DNA from: Catajapyx aquilonaris
Taxonomy: Eukaryota
Direction: 5' to 3'
DNA length: 20,000 bases
Assembly (NCBI GenBank): GCA_000934665.2
Contig: JYFJ02000340.1
Location: 122,448-142,447, forward strand
In this document: positions 1 through 10,950 of the stretch, piece by piece
How the letters are laid out: each line of letters begins with the position of its first letter
Position numbering within the stretch: position 1 is the stretch's first letter
Notes under the pieces: model-generated
Told to the model about the DNA's origin: nothing
What the model saw: the letters and a program-made list of their open reading frames with translations, nothing else
Database searches by the model: none
Program-made: the position numbers and the translations under genes

Positions 1-3000
1 GAATACACACTGCGCATATTTATTTCTCGCTTCCCCCAAAAGTGCATTTGGGCGGTTCACATGCTCCCCATCAACAATTCTCTTCGCGTCAATCTTCGCC
101 GGGACTAGTTCTCTAGCCCCCCACCTCCTCCTCCAAAAAAATTTTTTCCTCGCCCACATAAATGCAGTTAGGAAAAACCTCCACTGACAAAAGCCAGCCT
201 GAGCCGATAACTTGTCCAGATGAAAGAAAATGGAGAGCAGCCAAAAAGGAATCAATGTTTGAGATCCAACTGGCAGCATGAGAGCATTTTTGGAAGTGGA
301 GGGCGCAGAAGAAAAAGGCCGAAAAAAAAACTATGGGGGCCCCCGTGTGCATGGCAAATTGGCTCCCTTGTTCTGAGCCTATGCAGTCGACAAAAAAAAA
401 TTCCACTCCTTCCACTCGTTTTTAAATGAGTTGTCTCTCACTCTTGCTGTAGGGTTGACATATGCAAAATATTGGCATTTTAGTGTCACCTGTCACCACT
501 TCAATCTTGATTACTAGAAAAGTGTCATTGGGAGAAATTGAGCCGGATTCAGTAATTAACAGCAAAATTTTGATTTTAACCCTTTATCTCCCGCTGGATT
601 TCGAGTATTTCACCGAGTATTATTCAAACGCCCATATCAGATCCGGATCATATACAGTACCGTATATTTGTATTGAAAATTACTGCTTCCTAACACTGTG
701 GCCTGGTTCGTGTCACGCCATCTACTTTCAGATCCGTAAACTATTATCGCGACTGAGCGTCATCTAGCTGGCAAGACACTTTTTTGATAAAACCTTGTAT
801 GCACGGACACTGCAGGCATAGGCCACCCCCTCTTTTCTCTTGGCGCCTGCTGATTCCCCTGTGAAGCCGGCCTATTCATCATCCGACGGCTAACATTAAT
901 CTCCGGCGAGCTCCTTAAAGCCCCTCCGCCTGAAAATCCACTCTGCCTCCCCCCATTAAAGCCTTGTTAACAACCAGAAACAAGTGGGCTGTTTGTGCAA
1001 AATGCGGCCAATAAGCCGGCCAATTTGGCCAAGTTGGCCACCACCATTTTCTATGTCCTAAGAATCCAAAGATGAGTGGAAAAATAGGGTTATGTCCATC
1101 AGTTTCGTCAGTCAAAAGTCCCGCCCTGCATTTTTAATGACAAGCCCTTTTCTCAGTTCATAAAAGCTCGGCACGTCACTTATTCAGGCGGGCTGCAAAG
1201 CGGCACAAATGGAGAATTCTACCCCCCCCCCCTCCCTCCTCCTCCAAACCCTTCTTCCTTCTCACCCCCGCCTTCCAGAATTAATCAATCGATACCCCGT
1301 ACAGAAGGAGTTCCTCGGCCCTGACTGTACAAGCGCCCGAGGTGCATTTTTTGTCACGACGAGGCAATAACACTTGACGTTACTATTGACGTACGGAAAC
1401 TCGTTGCAGGCGGACTGTGGTCGAGCTTTGCGGTGAGGGATAAGGACCGCCGGGCTGGAGGTATGTGAAGCCACTTCTGATGCACCCTGTAGTAATCAGA
1501 ACTTTCCACTCGCAACTTTCAACTAGCACTCAAGCTGTGGTTAGGCAATATTCGTGGGATGAACAGGGTGTGACTTAAGACTAATTTGTGGTACTAAATT
1601 GAAATTGCAATTTTAAAATAAAACTGATTTTTTCCCCCTCCATATGGAACCGCAGACAGTATAGTATCAAGGCTCTAGAAAAGCAGTCCAGCATTTATAT
1701 ATCCTTTTTTTTCTAGAAGTGTGAATTCAGCACCAGTCAACTCTTCCCTGGCCGCAAAATATGAGCCACATTTCTTTTTTCCCAAGCCACCCTGCGCCAT
1801 CATTTCAGCTTCCTTAGGCCCCTCTCAAGACCTGAATACACTTGTCTCGCGTAAATAATCGAGGGCGCAGTCGCCAAAAAAAAGCGAGAGAAGGTAGCGA
1901 CAGAAAAAATCGCACAGTATGGCAGAGGAAATTAAACCACAAGCCGGCGAGGATGCAACAATTTTTTGGCCATACTTGGGCTCAGCTGGCTCATCCTAGT
2001 GACCTCCCTAGATATTGCGGGCCCAGCCATTTTTATTTTGATTCACCTGCCAACATGGCGGTGCAAAATGGCGTCCGGGAAGAAAGGCATTTTTCTCTTG
2101 ACTCCTCGGCGGCGCACAGAGGTCAATGACAAAACCATCAATCACTGCAAGCCTGGTTTGTGGATCGATTGGAAATAATCTCCCAGCCCGCCTCTATCTT
2201 ACTCCCCACTTCATTAGCCGCATTATGTCTTCACTCGGAATCCAAGTCCCTATCGGAAGCATTTCTTCCAGCAAGCTGTTCAAACTTGGGTCCTTGGCAT
2301 GGTGCAAAGGGGTGGAGGGTATTATTTTGGGGACTAGCTGCACTGCAGGTGGAAACACGGGATATAGCCAAAGTCGTATCAATCATGTGACGTCAAGTAG
2401 GCTACTCGATGCATCGAATAGGAAGGAAAAGTCGACAGCTCTCATTTTCACCTTTGTTCTTTTTTTTGCTGATGGCCGATTGATGCATTTCTAATAGGAC
2501 GTGTGCTTGCATTTTTGCCTGGATTTTCTAGCAACGATGAAACAACCCGTTTTCAATAGGAACCTGCACTTGACACACCAACTAGTCCTTCTATATTGTT
2601 CATTGATATTAAGAATAACAGTCAACAAAAAGTCACTGCGAATTATGTTAGTAGTCTTCACTTCTTTTTCCTTATTATTTTCTGAGAGATAAAAAATCGG
2701 TTGTGAGCGACCGTTCATGATAAAATCGAAACTACTGTGAACTGATTGGGTGTGTTCCAGAGAGTTGTCATGGAAAGAGCTCCACTTTCAAATCACAGAT
2801 GTCAGGGCATATGTAGCCTACAGGAGCCTGCACTGTCCGATCCTTTCTCACCCGTTGTTCCTCCGAAAACTTAATTAAACTTAAACTTTTGAATTAGAAA
2901 TATGGTGTCATCATCTGATCCTCGTGTTAGGATGGAGGCTTAAACTCGGCAATTACTGACCCGTTTGTCATTTCACCTTGCAAATGAAAACTTTAATTAC

Positions 3001-3189
3001 AGAATGATCAGAGTCACACCGGACTGATTTTGTGATATGAGAGTTTGAAGTATAATGACTGCATTATCCCTTATGGGATGAATTTTTAAGGAGCGTAATA
3101 TCTCTTACAGAATTTTGATATGATCTTTGTGTACTTCAAGTTTTCATATTATGATTTTCAAAATTCCTAATTGACCATAATATTAGGGT

Positions 3190-3533
3190 AAGGGGAGGCG
3201 GAGTGGCGCAGCGGTAACGCTTGCGCCCACCGATGGAAAGGTCCCAGGTTCGATCCCAAGCCGGGTTTTCCCTTTCTCATCTCGTGTGGAGTTTCGTTGT
3301 CTCTGGCTTCGTCTCGGGTGGGATTCCTCGAGACTACCCATCCAGGGGTCTGCACAAAACGACATTGCACTCACACTCGCACCTGCACATTTCCCCTCCC
3401 AGAAAATCCTTCCTCGCTCGCGGTACCCGGGCGTTACGGAAAAGGACCATGCTTGTGTACCATAAACAGCAAATAAAGGTACCGTGCCATATGCCCATCA
3501 AATGGGCGGTGCACTAACCCAATAAAGAAAGAA
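3190..3533 (+). mobile_element. tRNA-derived SINE with V-domain-like central region, apparently full length
   Basis: Pol III A box TGGCGCAGCGG (3204-3214) and B box GGTTCGATCCC (3247-3257). Body motif GTGTGGAGTTT...GTCTCGGGTGGGATTCCTC (3284-3329) resembles the V-SINE core. 3' stem-loop GCCCAT-caa-ATGGGC (3493-3507) and an AATAAAGAAAGAAA tail. Flanking direct repeat ATTAGGGT at 3182-3189 and 3534-3541 is a candidate TSD. Confidence 0.85.
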
Positions 3534-5116
3534 ATTAGGGTCTGCTAATGTCTCTCTTTTTAGAAAGGTACATTGGAAGTCATTTTCACTAGACACTACT
3601 ACTAGCATGTCCAACACCGTCAAGAAATTGTTATTCTCCCGGATATACCGACCCGAGGACCCCTATTACTCCAGACCTGACAGGTTTAAAAATAAAATAC
3701 TCCCTAGCTAAATGAAGAAGTTTGCGGTCCAGAAATAGTCCAAACTAGTCACTCATTTGCAACAAACAAAATCACTTTGCCCCGTCTGGTGGGTCACTAG
3801 TTTGGCTGAGTCGAAGGAGGGGTTGAGGGGGGCGTGGAAGAGAATCCAGTCGTTAATGTAATTGCGCCGAAAGTAATTGTGCCAAAGTGAGGGCTAAAGT
3901 CATAAACCCCTCGTTCGCTACCGTCTTCAAAGAAAATTACTGCCTCACTCTAATACCAGCAATTTCACGAGGTGAGAAAAAAGACAGGGCGGGGTCGATG
4001 GCAAAGCAATGGGGGCCCGAGGTGGAGGACTATGGGAGGTGGGTGGGTAGGTCCTTCCCAAAAAATCCTGACGGCTAAGAGGCGAAATAAAAATAATACA
4101 GACCGCACCAAACGTGACGGTATCCACCGGAATAATAATAAAAATTCCAACAGAAAGGTTGCTCCAAGGAAAAGAACTCTCAAACTTCATACAGACTCCC
4201 TTCAAGCCAAAACACCAGCTCAAAACTTCCCTCCACTTTAACACATCTCAGCTCCGCCTCACTCCTCAAATATTCCCGGCTTCAAATACTATCGCACAGA
4301 ACATAGCAAAGAGGCAAGTATTGATTCGCTTCACAAGTACAGACTCAAGTCGTAAAAACCGGTTTCATTTTTTAAAATCGCACTGTTGGATGTCAACATT
4401 TGATTCTAAAACGGTGAAGAAAGGGACCAAAAAAAAAAATAGTGCGAGAAGCTAGTCACGAACCTGGCAATAATTTATCGCAGAACTGTATAATATTGTG
4501 GTTTTTTGGCTGAAAAAAAAACTTTACCTTCCATTTTTGTGGTTGCCACGAAAGATTTCATGAGCCCCTAAAGGGACTACACGACATAGGCAAATACGCC
4601 CATTCTCACTCTTTCACTCACTCTCTCACTCTCCCGCACGCACAGGTCCTTGTGTCGAACCAATTGGATCAAAATGCGTCTTTTTTCCCCCTCAGATTGC
4701 ACTTTTTTCCACCCTTTTAACTCTGTCCCGCTGTGTATTTTTTCTGCTCCAGCAATGGTGTCATCATTACGGGATTTACAAACAGAACGGCTCACTCCGC
4801 GAATTGGGTACCGTACCGCGAAAAACGATTAAATAAATTGATTCCCGGCTGTCAGCACTGGAGTGGAACATTCGCGTTCGTCGACTAATTGAAGCGTCTT
4901 ATCCGCGTGAAGATAAAAGTGTGGCAAACATGCCGTGACAATCATGCAGCGCCCCCCCTCAAGCTCAAGAGCCGCATGGTACATGGGTAATGCCGAGTCG
5001 CGTTCTTCTCCGACTATATGGTTCTACTAGTCGGGAGAAATGAGCGCTAGTTTTGAATAATTCAAAGTCCTCGTAAAACGGCAGGACTAATGGGACCCAT
5101 AACAGGTGGGACTTAC

Positions 5117-5210
5117 CCGTTCCTTCGTCGTCTGAGTATCCGATGACGTTGTAGGCGTAGAGGAGTCCCATGGTGGCAAACAGGACGGAGTGAAGCATCC
5201 TGTAGTCCAT
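5117..5210 (-). CDS. First coding exon of an unidentified secreted or membrane protein (MDYRMLHSVLFATMGLLYAYNVIGYSDDEGT, phase-1 intron follows)
   Basis: ATG at 5210, then a hydrophobic signal-peptide-like stretch with GC-rich third positions. A consensus donor CGG|GTAAGT (5116-5111) follows 94 nt (31 codons + 1), the typical layout of a signal-peptide exon. It lies directly downstream of a GC-rich promoter/5'UTR-like region. Confidence 0.7.
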
Positions 5211-5620
5211 GTGTGAGCACTGATGGGGTTGACGGGGTTAAAGTCGAAGCGCGCCCGGAGGCTGTCAGGACAGGGCTGGGACACTGTCCCGCTTGGCGAA
5301 GGAGTGGATGGATGGATGGATGAAGAGGAAAGGCGAGCTGCAGCGGGGAAGCCGCCCGCCCGCCTTCCTTCCTTCCCGCCTGCTCTCCCGCCCGCCCGCT
5401 CGCCCACTACCACACTCACTCCGCTCTGCCCGCCAGCACACAGATTCTTCACCCACCCACCCACTCACCTACACTCACAGCCACACACTATGCGCGCGCA
5501 TGGACTTGCTGACCAGGCCATGGGTTGACTACTTTATTGTAACAGCCACTATATTTGGATCCTAAAGTGCAATTAGTGCTTAGAAACAACTACAATAGTA
5601 CGGGGGGGGGGGGGGGGCTT
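5211..5620 (-). promoter_or_regulatory. Putative 5'UTR and core promoter of the minus-strand gene
   Basis: CpG-rich, with a (GGAT)n repeat near 5305-5321, repeated CCCG/CCTT units (GGGCGG GC boxes on the minus strand, 5351-5405), CA-rich runs at 5450-5490, palindrome TGCGCGCGCA (5491-5500) and a G16 tract (5602-5617). The TSS cannot be determined from sequence. Confidence 0.5.
5602..5617 (+). repeat. Poly-G (G16) tract, G-quadruplex-capable
   Basis: 16 consecutive G residues. Confidence 0.9.
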
Positions 5621-7332
5621 CAGATCGATAGAGGTCAGTTGAAGCATGAGGAAGAGTCCGGCACCTTTCATTCTGAGTGACTACTGACAATGCGGCTCCT
5701 TCATCTGGTAATTACTATAGTAACAGGGTTCATGCTATCGGGGGAGTTTGGCCGTCTCGTATTAGCAGGGAAGACGTATGACCGAAATTGGATATCTGGG
5801 ATCATTTCTCGACTTCTTCCTGACTAGTGGCCATTAGCAATGACCCACATTACTTAGTTGTAAAGGAAATCATTACTAGTGGATTATATAATACTCCCTA
5901 GGAGCTTGATTTTGAATGTCCCGATGACGAAGAATAAACATTCACGCACATAAACACGCAAGCAAAATCCATAATAGTAGCCGAATAGGGAATCATGTTA
6001 ATTTAGGCAGGGTATTTAATGAGCAACTTCATTTTCCAACTGAGTAACGAGGGCCACGTCTTAGGAAGAGAAACAAAAGTGGAATAAATTACTGTAATAA
6101 GATCCAAGTTGATCTATAGGCCTACTCGCATTTAGAAATACAATGCTTTACAAGAAACTAATACTCCAATAATAGCGTAACTTTTTCCTGCGATTCGTAA
6201 GGATGGAAAAGCCAGGTGGAGAGAGGTCAGAAAAAGTGTAAGAATGGATTTTGATCCTAGAGAGGGAGAGACGTGTTTTTTCTCGTCTTCTTGGATCCTC
6301 GACAGATAAGTATCTAGAAAATACCTATAAACAACCACAATTGGCAAGTAGGGGACATAGTCCGCTCCATATATCAACCGTCTGAGAGTGGTCTATACTA
6401 TATAAACACCGTTTTCCTAGAGAAGTCTTCCAGGAGGATTTTCACAATGAAAATGACACGGATGATCAGTGTAAATCGTCGTTTGGATGAGTTTAAAAAG
6501 ACATATTCAAAACAACCGGCTTTGCACCGTTTGCACAAAATTATAAGTCTGTTGCTTTTGCATTATACTTTTAACTCCACACCTGTTTGAAGTTTGAATA
6601 TTTCATTAGCCATTATTAATGGACTCAAACATTTCTGTAGGAGCCTGTAATATTTATCTATTAGAAAACGAACGTGACCATCAGAAAATACTTGTCAAAG
6701 ATCGCATTACAGATTACACAATTTCTAACGTAATTATTTCGAAAATAAGACTTTTCGTTTGAATTTTTAATGCTCATTTGTTTACGGACAATAATCAAGG
6801 CCATTCAGATCTGTAGGCCTACTTGAGTCACGTAGAGCAGGTTATGTTATCGAACAGGCCGTGATAGAGTAATATTGCTGTTAATGTTTTAGATATCAAT
6901 GTCAGAAATAAGTGACATTTAAAAAAAAGCTACATTCTTAAATATATCTTCTGAATTGAATGCTAAAACTCAAAAGTAGCCGTTGTCCCTTTTCCCTAGA
7001 AGGCAAATGTGCCCCCTTTGAATTGTAAATTGCATTTAAAAGGCACGTTAGGCCTTCTTAACATGGTTCGTTCCTTCTCAGAAAAGAGCACAAAAGAGCT
7101 ACTTCCGTGCCTGCTTTTTAGAGAGCACGAATTTAGTGCAGCTTTGAAAGGAACACATACATGATGGTATCCATGCAATATTTATCTCCTTAAGTAAATA
7201 TTGCGCAAATACCTCTGATTGAGGGGAAATCCTCTCCTCGTTTATCGATGAAATTATTGGAAAAGAAAAGAGTATCCTTCCCGTAGAGTTGCCCGGTAGC
7301 ACATCGACCCTCGGAGGTGTGGGTTCTTCAGT

Positions 7333-7501
7333 TCTGCCGTCAGTTGTAAGAAGACCGTAACTCAAAAACTAGTACGGGCGAAAGTCGCATGCATGCCGTG
7401 CACTAATCCACCATGGCCCAGAGGAGATTAGTGCAGGGCGTGCATGCGACTTTCGCCCTTAGTAGTTGTTGAGTTACGGTCTTCTTACATCTGACGGCAG
7501 A
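7333..7501. repeat. Long inverted repeat (76-bp arms, 17-nt loop), fold-back/MITE-like
   Basis: 7333-7408 is the reverse complement of 7426-7501 with 6 mismatches and no indels. No clear TSD. Confidence 0.9.
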
Positions 7502-8021
7502 GTTGATAAGGTAGCTCAGATACTGTTATGCATAGTCATCCACAATAGAATGTCAATATTACGTGGGCTGCCTATAAGTTTGATCATGCTAAAAATTAAT
7601 ATTGGTAAAAATACGATAAGGTGAAGCAGCTATTAACAGGATTCACATGAACTGTTATGGTGGTGCTTATTTTGGATCCAAACAAAGTGTGTGGTTGGGA
7701 CTAATGGAGAGTGCTAGAATAAGGGCGGAATTTACAGGGGTTGGCGAACTTTACATGCGCCATTTAAATAGGAGGACGCCACTTGCGCAGACAAAATAAG
7801 GGTTTAATTGACGCAAGTCACAAGCAATTTCTGGGAAAACACACGGACGTATATTATGGTACTGAGAGGAAGTAATCGAAGTTTTTAGTGGGTATTAGAG
7901 ACCGCTAAAATTAACGCCAAAAGTCTATAACAATGACTAGTGCGGCCGGGAGCGAAGGTTAGAAGTGCCGGAGTAGAAAAAGCGGTTGCGTTAGCGGAAT
8001 TCCACTACATAAACAGTCTCA

Positions 8022-8214
8022 GCGGGGCCCCTACAAATTTCGGGGCCCAGGGAGGGGGGCCGCATCTTTGACTCGGAGGGCCAGCCATTACACATAGAGC
8101 CACAGTGACAATTTTACATTGGCAGAAGCTTAAATCTTCATCATAAGAGCCCCCGCGCGACTTTAAATAAATTTGCTGTCATTTGCTAATAAATTGAACT
8201 TGTAGGGGCCCCGC
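8022..8214. repeat. 15-bp perfect inverted repeat with GGGCCC motifs, possible hAT-type MITE remnant
   Basis: GCGGGGCCCCTACAA (8022-8036) pairs with TTGTAGGGGCCCCGC (8200-8214). An extra GGGCCC lies at 8043-8048. A hAT-like end CAGGGGTTGGCGAACT sits upstream at 7735-7750, but no partner was found. Confidence 0.45.
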
Positions 8215-8594
8215 ATCACTTTAGCACTTGGACACTTCGAGTTTATTTTTCAGGTTCTTGTTAGTTGACGGCGAAAATACGCATTAATTTCATAACAATC
8301 GTACCTCTAAAAAGTACACATGTTACAAACCCCAAGAGGACCCCACTGCCCCGCTCCCTCCCCCCACGCGGCGGCGGCGGCGCGGCGCTGCTTAGAGTAC
8401 CAAGGTAAGTATGATTATTTCAGTCACTTTATTTTTATATGTGCAAAAAATTCTGCTGTCCTGAATAGAGCACTAATAATATCCTTTTTCAGCTTTTCCA
8501 TTTTTGAGACCCTCCCTCTTTTTCTCCACAGAGAGAAACCCCATACTTCCATAGTAACATTCATTACTTTAAAAATACATCCAAAAGTAGGTAA

Positions 8595-9064
8595 CCCGTA
8601 ACTACGTAGGTGGGTGAAACACCTTTAACTACGTAGGTGGAGCCTGAGAGGCTCCAACGGTATATTTAAATTTCTGCTTATCAACTAAATTGTTATATTG
8701 GACTTTTCACATACAGAAAGTGCAGTTCAGATCATTAGGCTTCCGAAAACGTAAAAATCACACTCTGAGTCAGCATATTCCGACAGGGAAAATTTTTTAA
8801 TTAAAAGGTTACATCATGTGTTTGAGCCGCTCAGGCTTCACCTGAGATATAGAGCCTGAGCGGTTCCAGGAGGGACCTGTTCCTCGTTACGAATTTTTTT
8901 AAACCAAAGAATAGGGACTAAAAAAATTTTCTTTCCTTTTCATGCTTAGGAAGGTTTTTCTGACAAAGTCACGGAAGGACAGGGAAAAATAAAATTCAAT
9001 GAAAAAGTTACATGCGTTTAAATAGTGCTTGGAGCCTCTCAGGCTCCACCTACGTAGTTAAGGG
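8595..9064. mobile_element. Non-autonomous DNA transposon (MITE) with piggyBac-like CCC..GGG termini
   Basis: TTAACTACGTAGGTGGAGCCTGAGAGGCTCCAA (8626-8658) is the exact reverse complement of 9029-9061. The right end finishes AAGGG (9064). An extra left terminus copy CCCGTAACTACGTAGGTGG lies at 8595-8613 after GTAA. Internal inverted copies of the GAGCCTGAG motif occur at 8824-8866. The TTAA TSD is not intact, so the superfamily call is tentative. Confidence 0.75.
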
Positions 9065-9143
9065 AAATCTTTTATAGTAGACCTGCCGGCACTGCATGTG
9101 TGTTCTCTTTGTGAGATTTTGAAGATATTTGAATATGCATATA

Positions 9144-9576
9144 CAGAGTTCGGGAATTTAACCTATCGTCGCTTTGGGAAATGATAGATGGGTTCTAGGT
9201 GATCACTTGGAGTATATGAAACATGGGTCTCCGACGCATAGTTATCGAGATAATGTGCTTCAAACACAATGTATAAAATATCTTGGCACGTATGCGTCCA
9301 TCCACGCGTCCTTACCTTTTTCATTTAAATTTAAGGTGTTCCCATGTTATTTAATTTTAATTTACAATCCTGTTAGGTGTAGCAGGGAATGGCCTAGGCG
9401 ATGGAAGTGTCGTAAGCAGTATCCGAAACCTATAAGCTAGGATAATGCACTTTTATTTAATGCTAATTATTTCGGTAACTATGCGTCGGAGACCCGTGTT
9501 GAATATACTCAAAGTGATCGCCTAGAACCCCTCTATCATTTCCCAAAGCGACGGTAGATTAAATTTTTGAACCCTG
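9144..9576. mobile_element. Tc1/mariner-type MITE, 433 bp, with ~111-bp TIRs and TA TSD
   Basis: 9144-9254 pairs with 9466-9576 (about 14 mismatches, no indels). The termini read TA|CAG(A/G)GTTC...GAACCCTG|TA, with TA at 9142-9143 and 9577-9578. Confidence 0.88.
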
Positions 9577-10449
9577 TACATATAAAAATGTGTAGGCATG
9601 CCGGTTATTAACAGGAGCCTTAGTTGTAGCCTGGAGTTAATAAAATGCAGTAACATCTGGAACCGTACTTCAGTTGGAAGTTTGTGTATTTAAAATTTTG
9701 GATCACAAGTAACTCTTTTAATGTGATACACTGTGTCCTACATATCAAAAAATAACTTAGCTGATTATACGCGTAAGGTTACAAATTATTGCTAATGCAA
9801 GTATAACAAACATATACTTTGCGCTACGTTATCAATCTGGTTGTGATGGGAGAGTGACAGTCCATCTCTAGTCAGAAAAAGAAACTATTAAATCACATGG
9901 TTATGCATAGTACGTATAGGCTAGTCTTCTTTCACCGACCGCACTATGAGGCCTTTACACTAATAATATACCGTACACTGCAGTGCCACTACGAGCACGC
10001 TCATCTATTTCCTTATATATCTGCCTCGCTTGTCATGATAGATGTTCGTTACATAATACACTTTGCAAAAACCAACACAATCGTACTTGATTGAACAGTG
10101 ACGACAAAAATGTCAAGTCCCTGTTTGTGGACTTACCCGTTCTGTTCAGTCCTTCTGAACCAACCACTTGTCTTTTTTCCAATTCAATTATTTCCTAGTG
10201 AGGTTACAGTGGTAATTCATTACACAAAAGCCTGGACTTGCACTGTGGCGGTCTTGAAAGAGCGGAGCGATTGGCGGATAACTCACGCGTTTTCTGAAGT
10301 CAAAATGAAAATATCGAATGATGCATACTATTCTCTTCCCACCCATTCCCCCCTCCCCACCTTCCAGACACAAAATTAAAATAGCGGCATGTATCGATTC
10401 TTGTTCGTTAATGGAATGAGTTCCCGTGAAGAGGTCAGCAACAAAATAA

Positions 10450-10950
10450 CAGGCAGGCATGTCTCGGGGTTTGATCATTGGCCGGCCATACCTTGCAATA
10501 CCCCGAGAGCACACGTGCACCAGCACGCTGTTACTAGTCAAAATATTGCGTAAATAAGGTTGGCAAAAATTTGTGGCACATATTTTCCCTGGCCCCGGAA
10601 CGCGAGCTATCAAGTCAACCTCTCCATTCTGTCGGGCCTGGCGCGACTTTTTTGACAAATGCCTGCAGCACGGTGTCCTGTTCAGGACATTACTCGATTT
10701 CCCCTTATTATCCGGGCTCTGGAATGCACATTCACCGCAGCTCCATTGTGAGGACTGTTTTACTCGAGCGTGCTGGCACTGCTCTGGCCGTTTGCAACAA
10801 GACTGATTGATTTGCCGCAACACCAACCGGATGCCCATCATTTTATGTCGGAAACATTGTGCCCCCAAAGGCACTTTTGCAGAGTTTTACGTGTGGAAAC
10901 AACGCCACCGCAGCATCCATCTGCTCCTGGCCAAACAACTTGTCCACTAG
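10450..10950 (-). pseudogene. Possible decayed, probably transposon-borne coding sequence, loosely vertnin/OTU-like
   Basis: A stop-interrupted minus frame reads VDKLFGQEQMDAAVALFPHVKLC...HPVGVAANQSVLLQTA...TMELR*MCIPE...EQDTVLQAFVKKVA. The segment is more GC-rich than its flanks. The resemblance is by eye only. Confidence 0.22.

Noticed and set aside
94..110. Helitron-like 3' ends (TTCGCCGGGACTAGT here; GGGTCACTAGT near 3791-3801)
   Set aside because: The preceding hairpins are weak or absent and no 5' end is identifiable.
1483..1491. Lone mariner-like end CACCCTG|TA, and TA|CAGGGTG at 18442-18450
   Set aside because: Only 9 bp long, the two face outward, and no adjacent partner TIR was found for either.
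3196..3266. tRNA gene
   Set aside because: A and B boxes are present, but there is no paired acceptor stem or canonical anticodon arm. It continues into a SINE body with a tail and TSD.
5087..5565. Overlapping ORFs of 67-125 aa on both strands
   Set aside because: Products of GC-rich low-complexity sequence in the putative 5'UTR.
10129..10142. 14-bp identity (GGACTTACCCGTTC) with the exon-1 donor region at 5109-5122
   Set aside because: About one 14-mer match is expected by chance in a 20-kb self-comparison, and the homology does not extend.
10188..10874. 228-aa ORF (longest in the window) as an intact gene
   Set aside because: Non-ATG start, composition typical of an off-frame translation, and no recognisable domain or splice structure.
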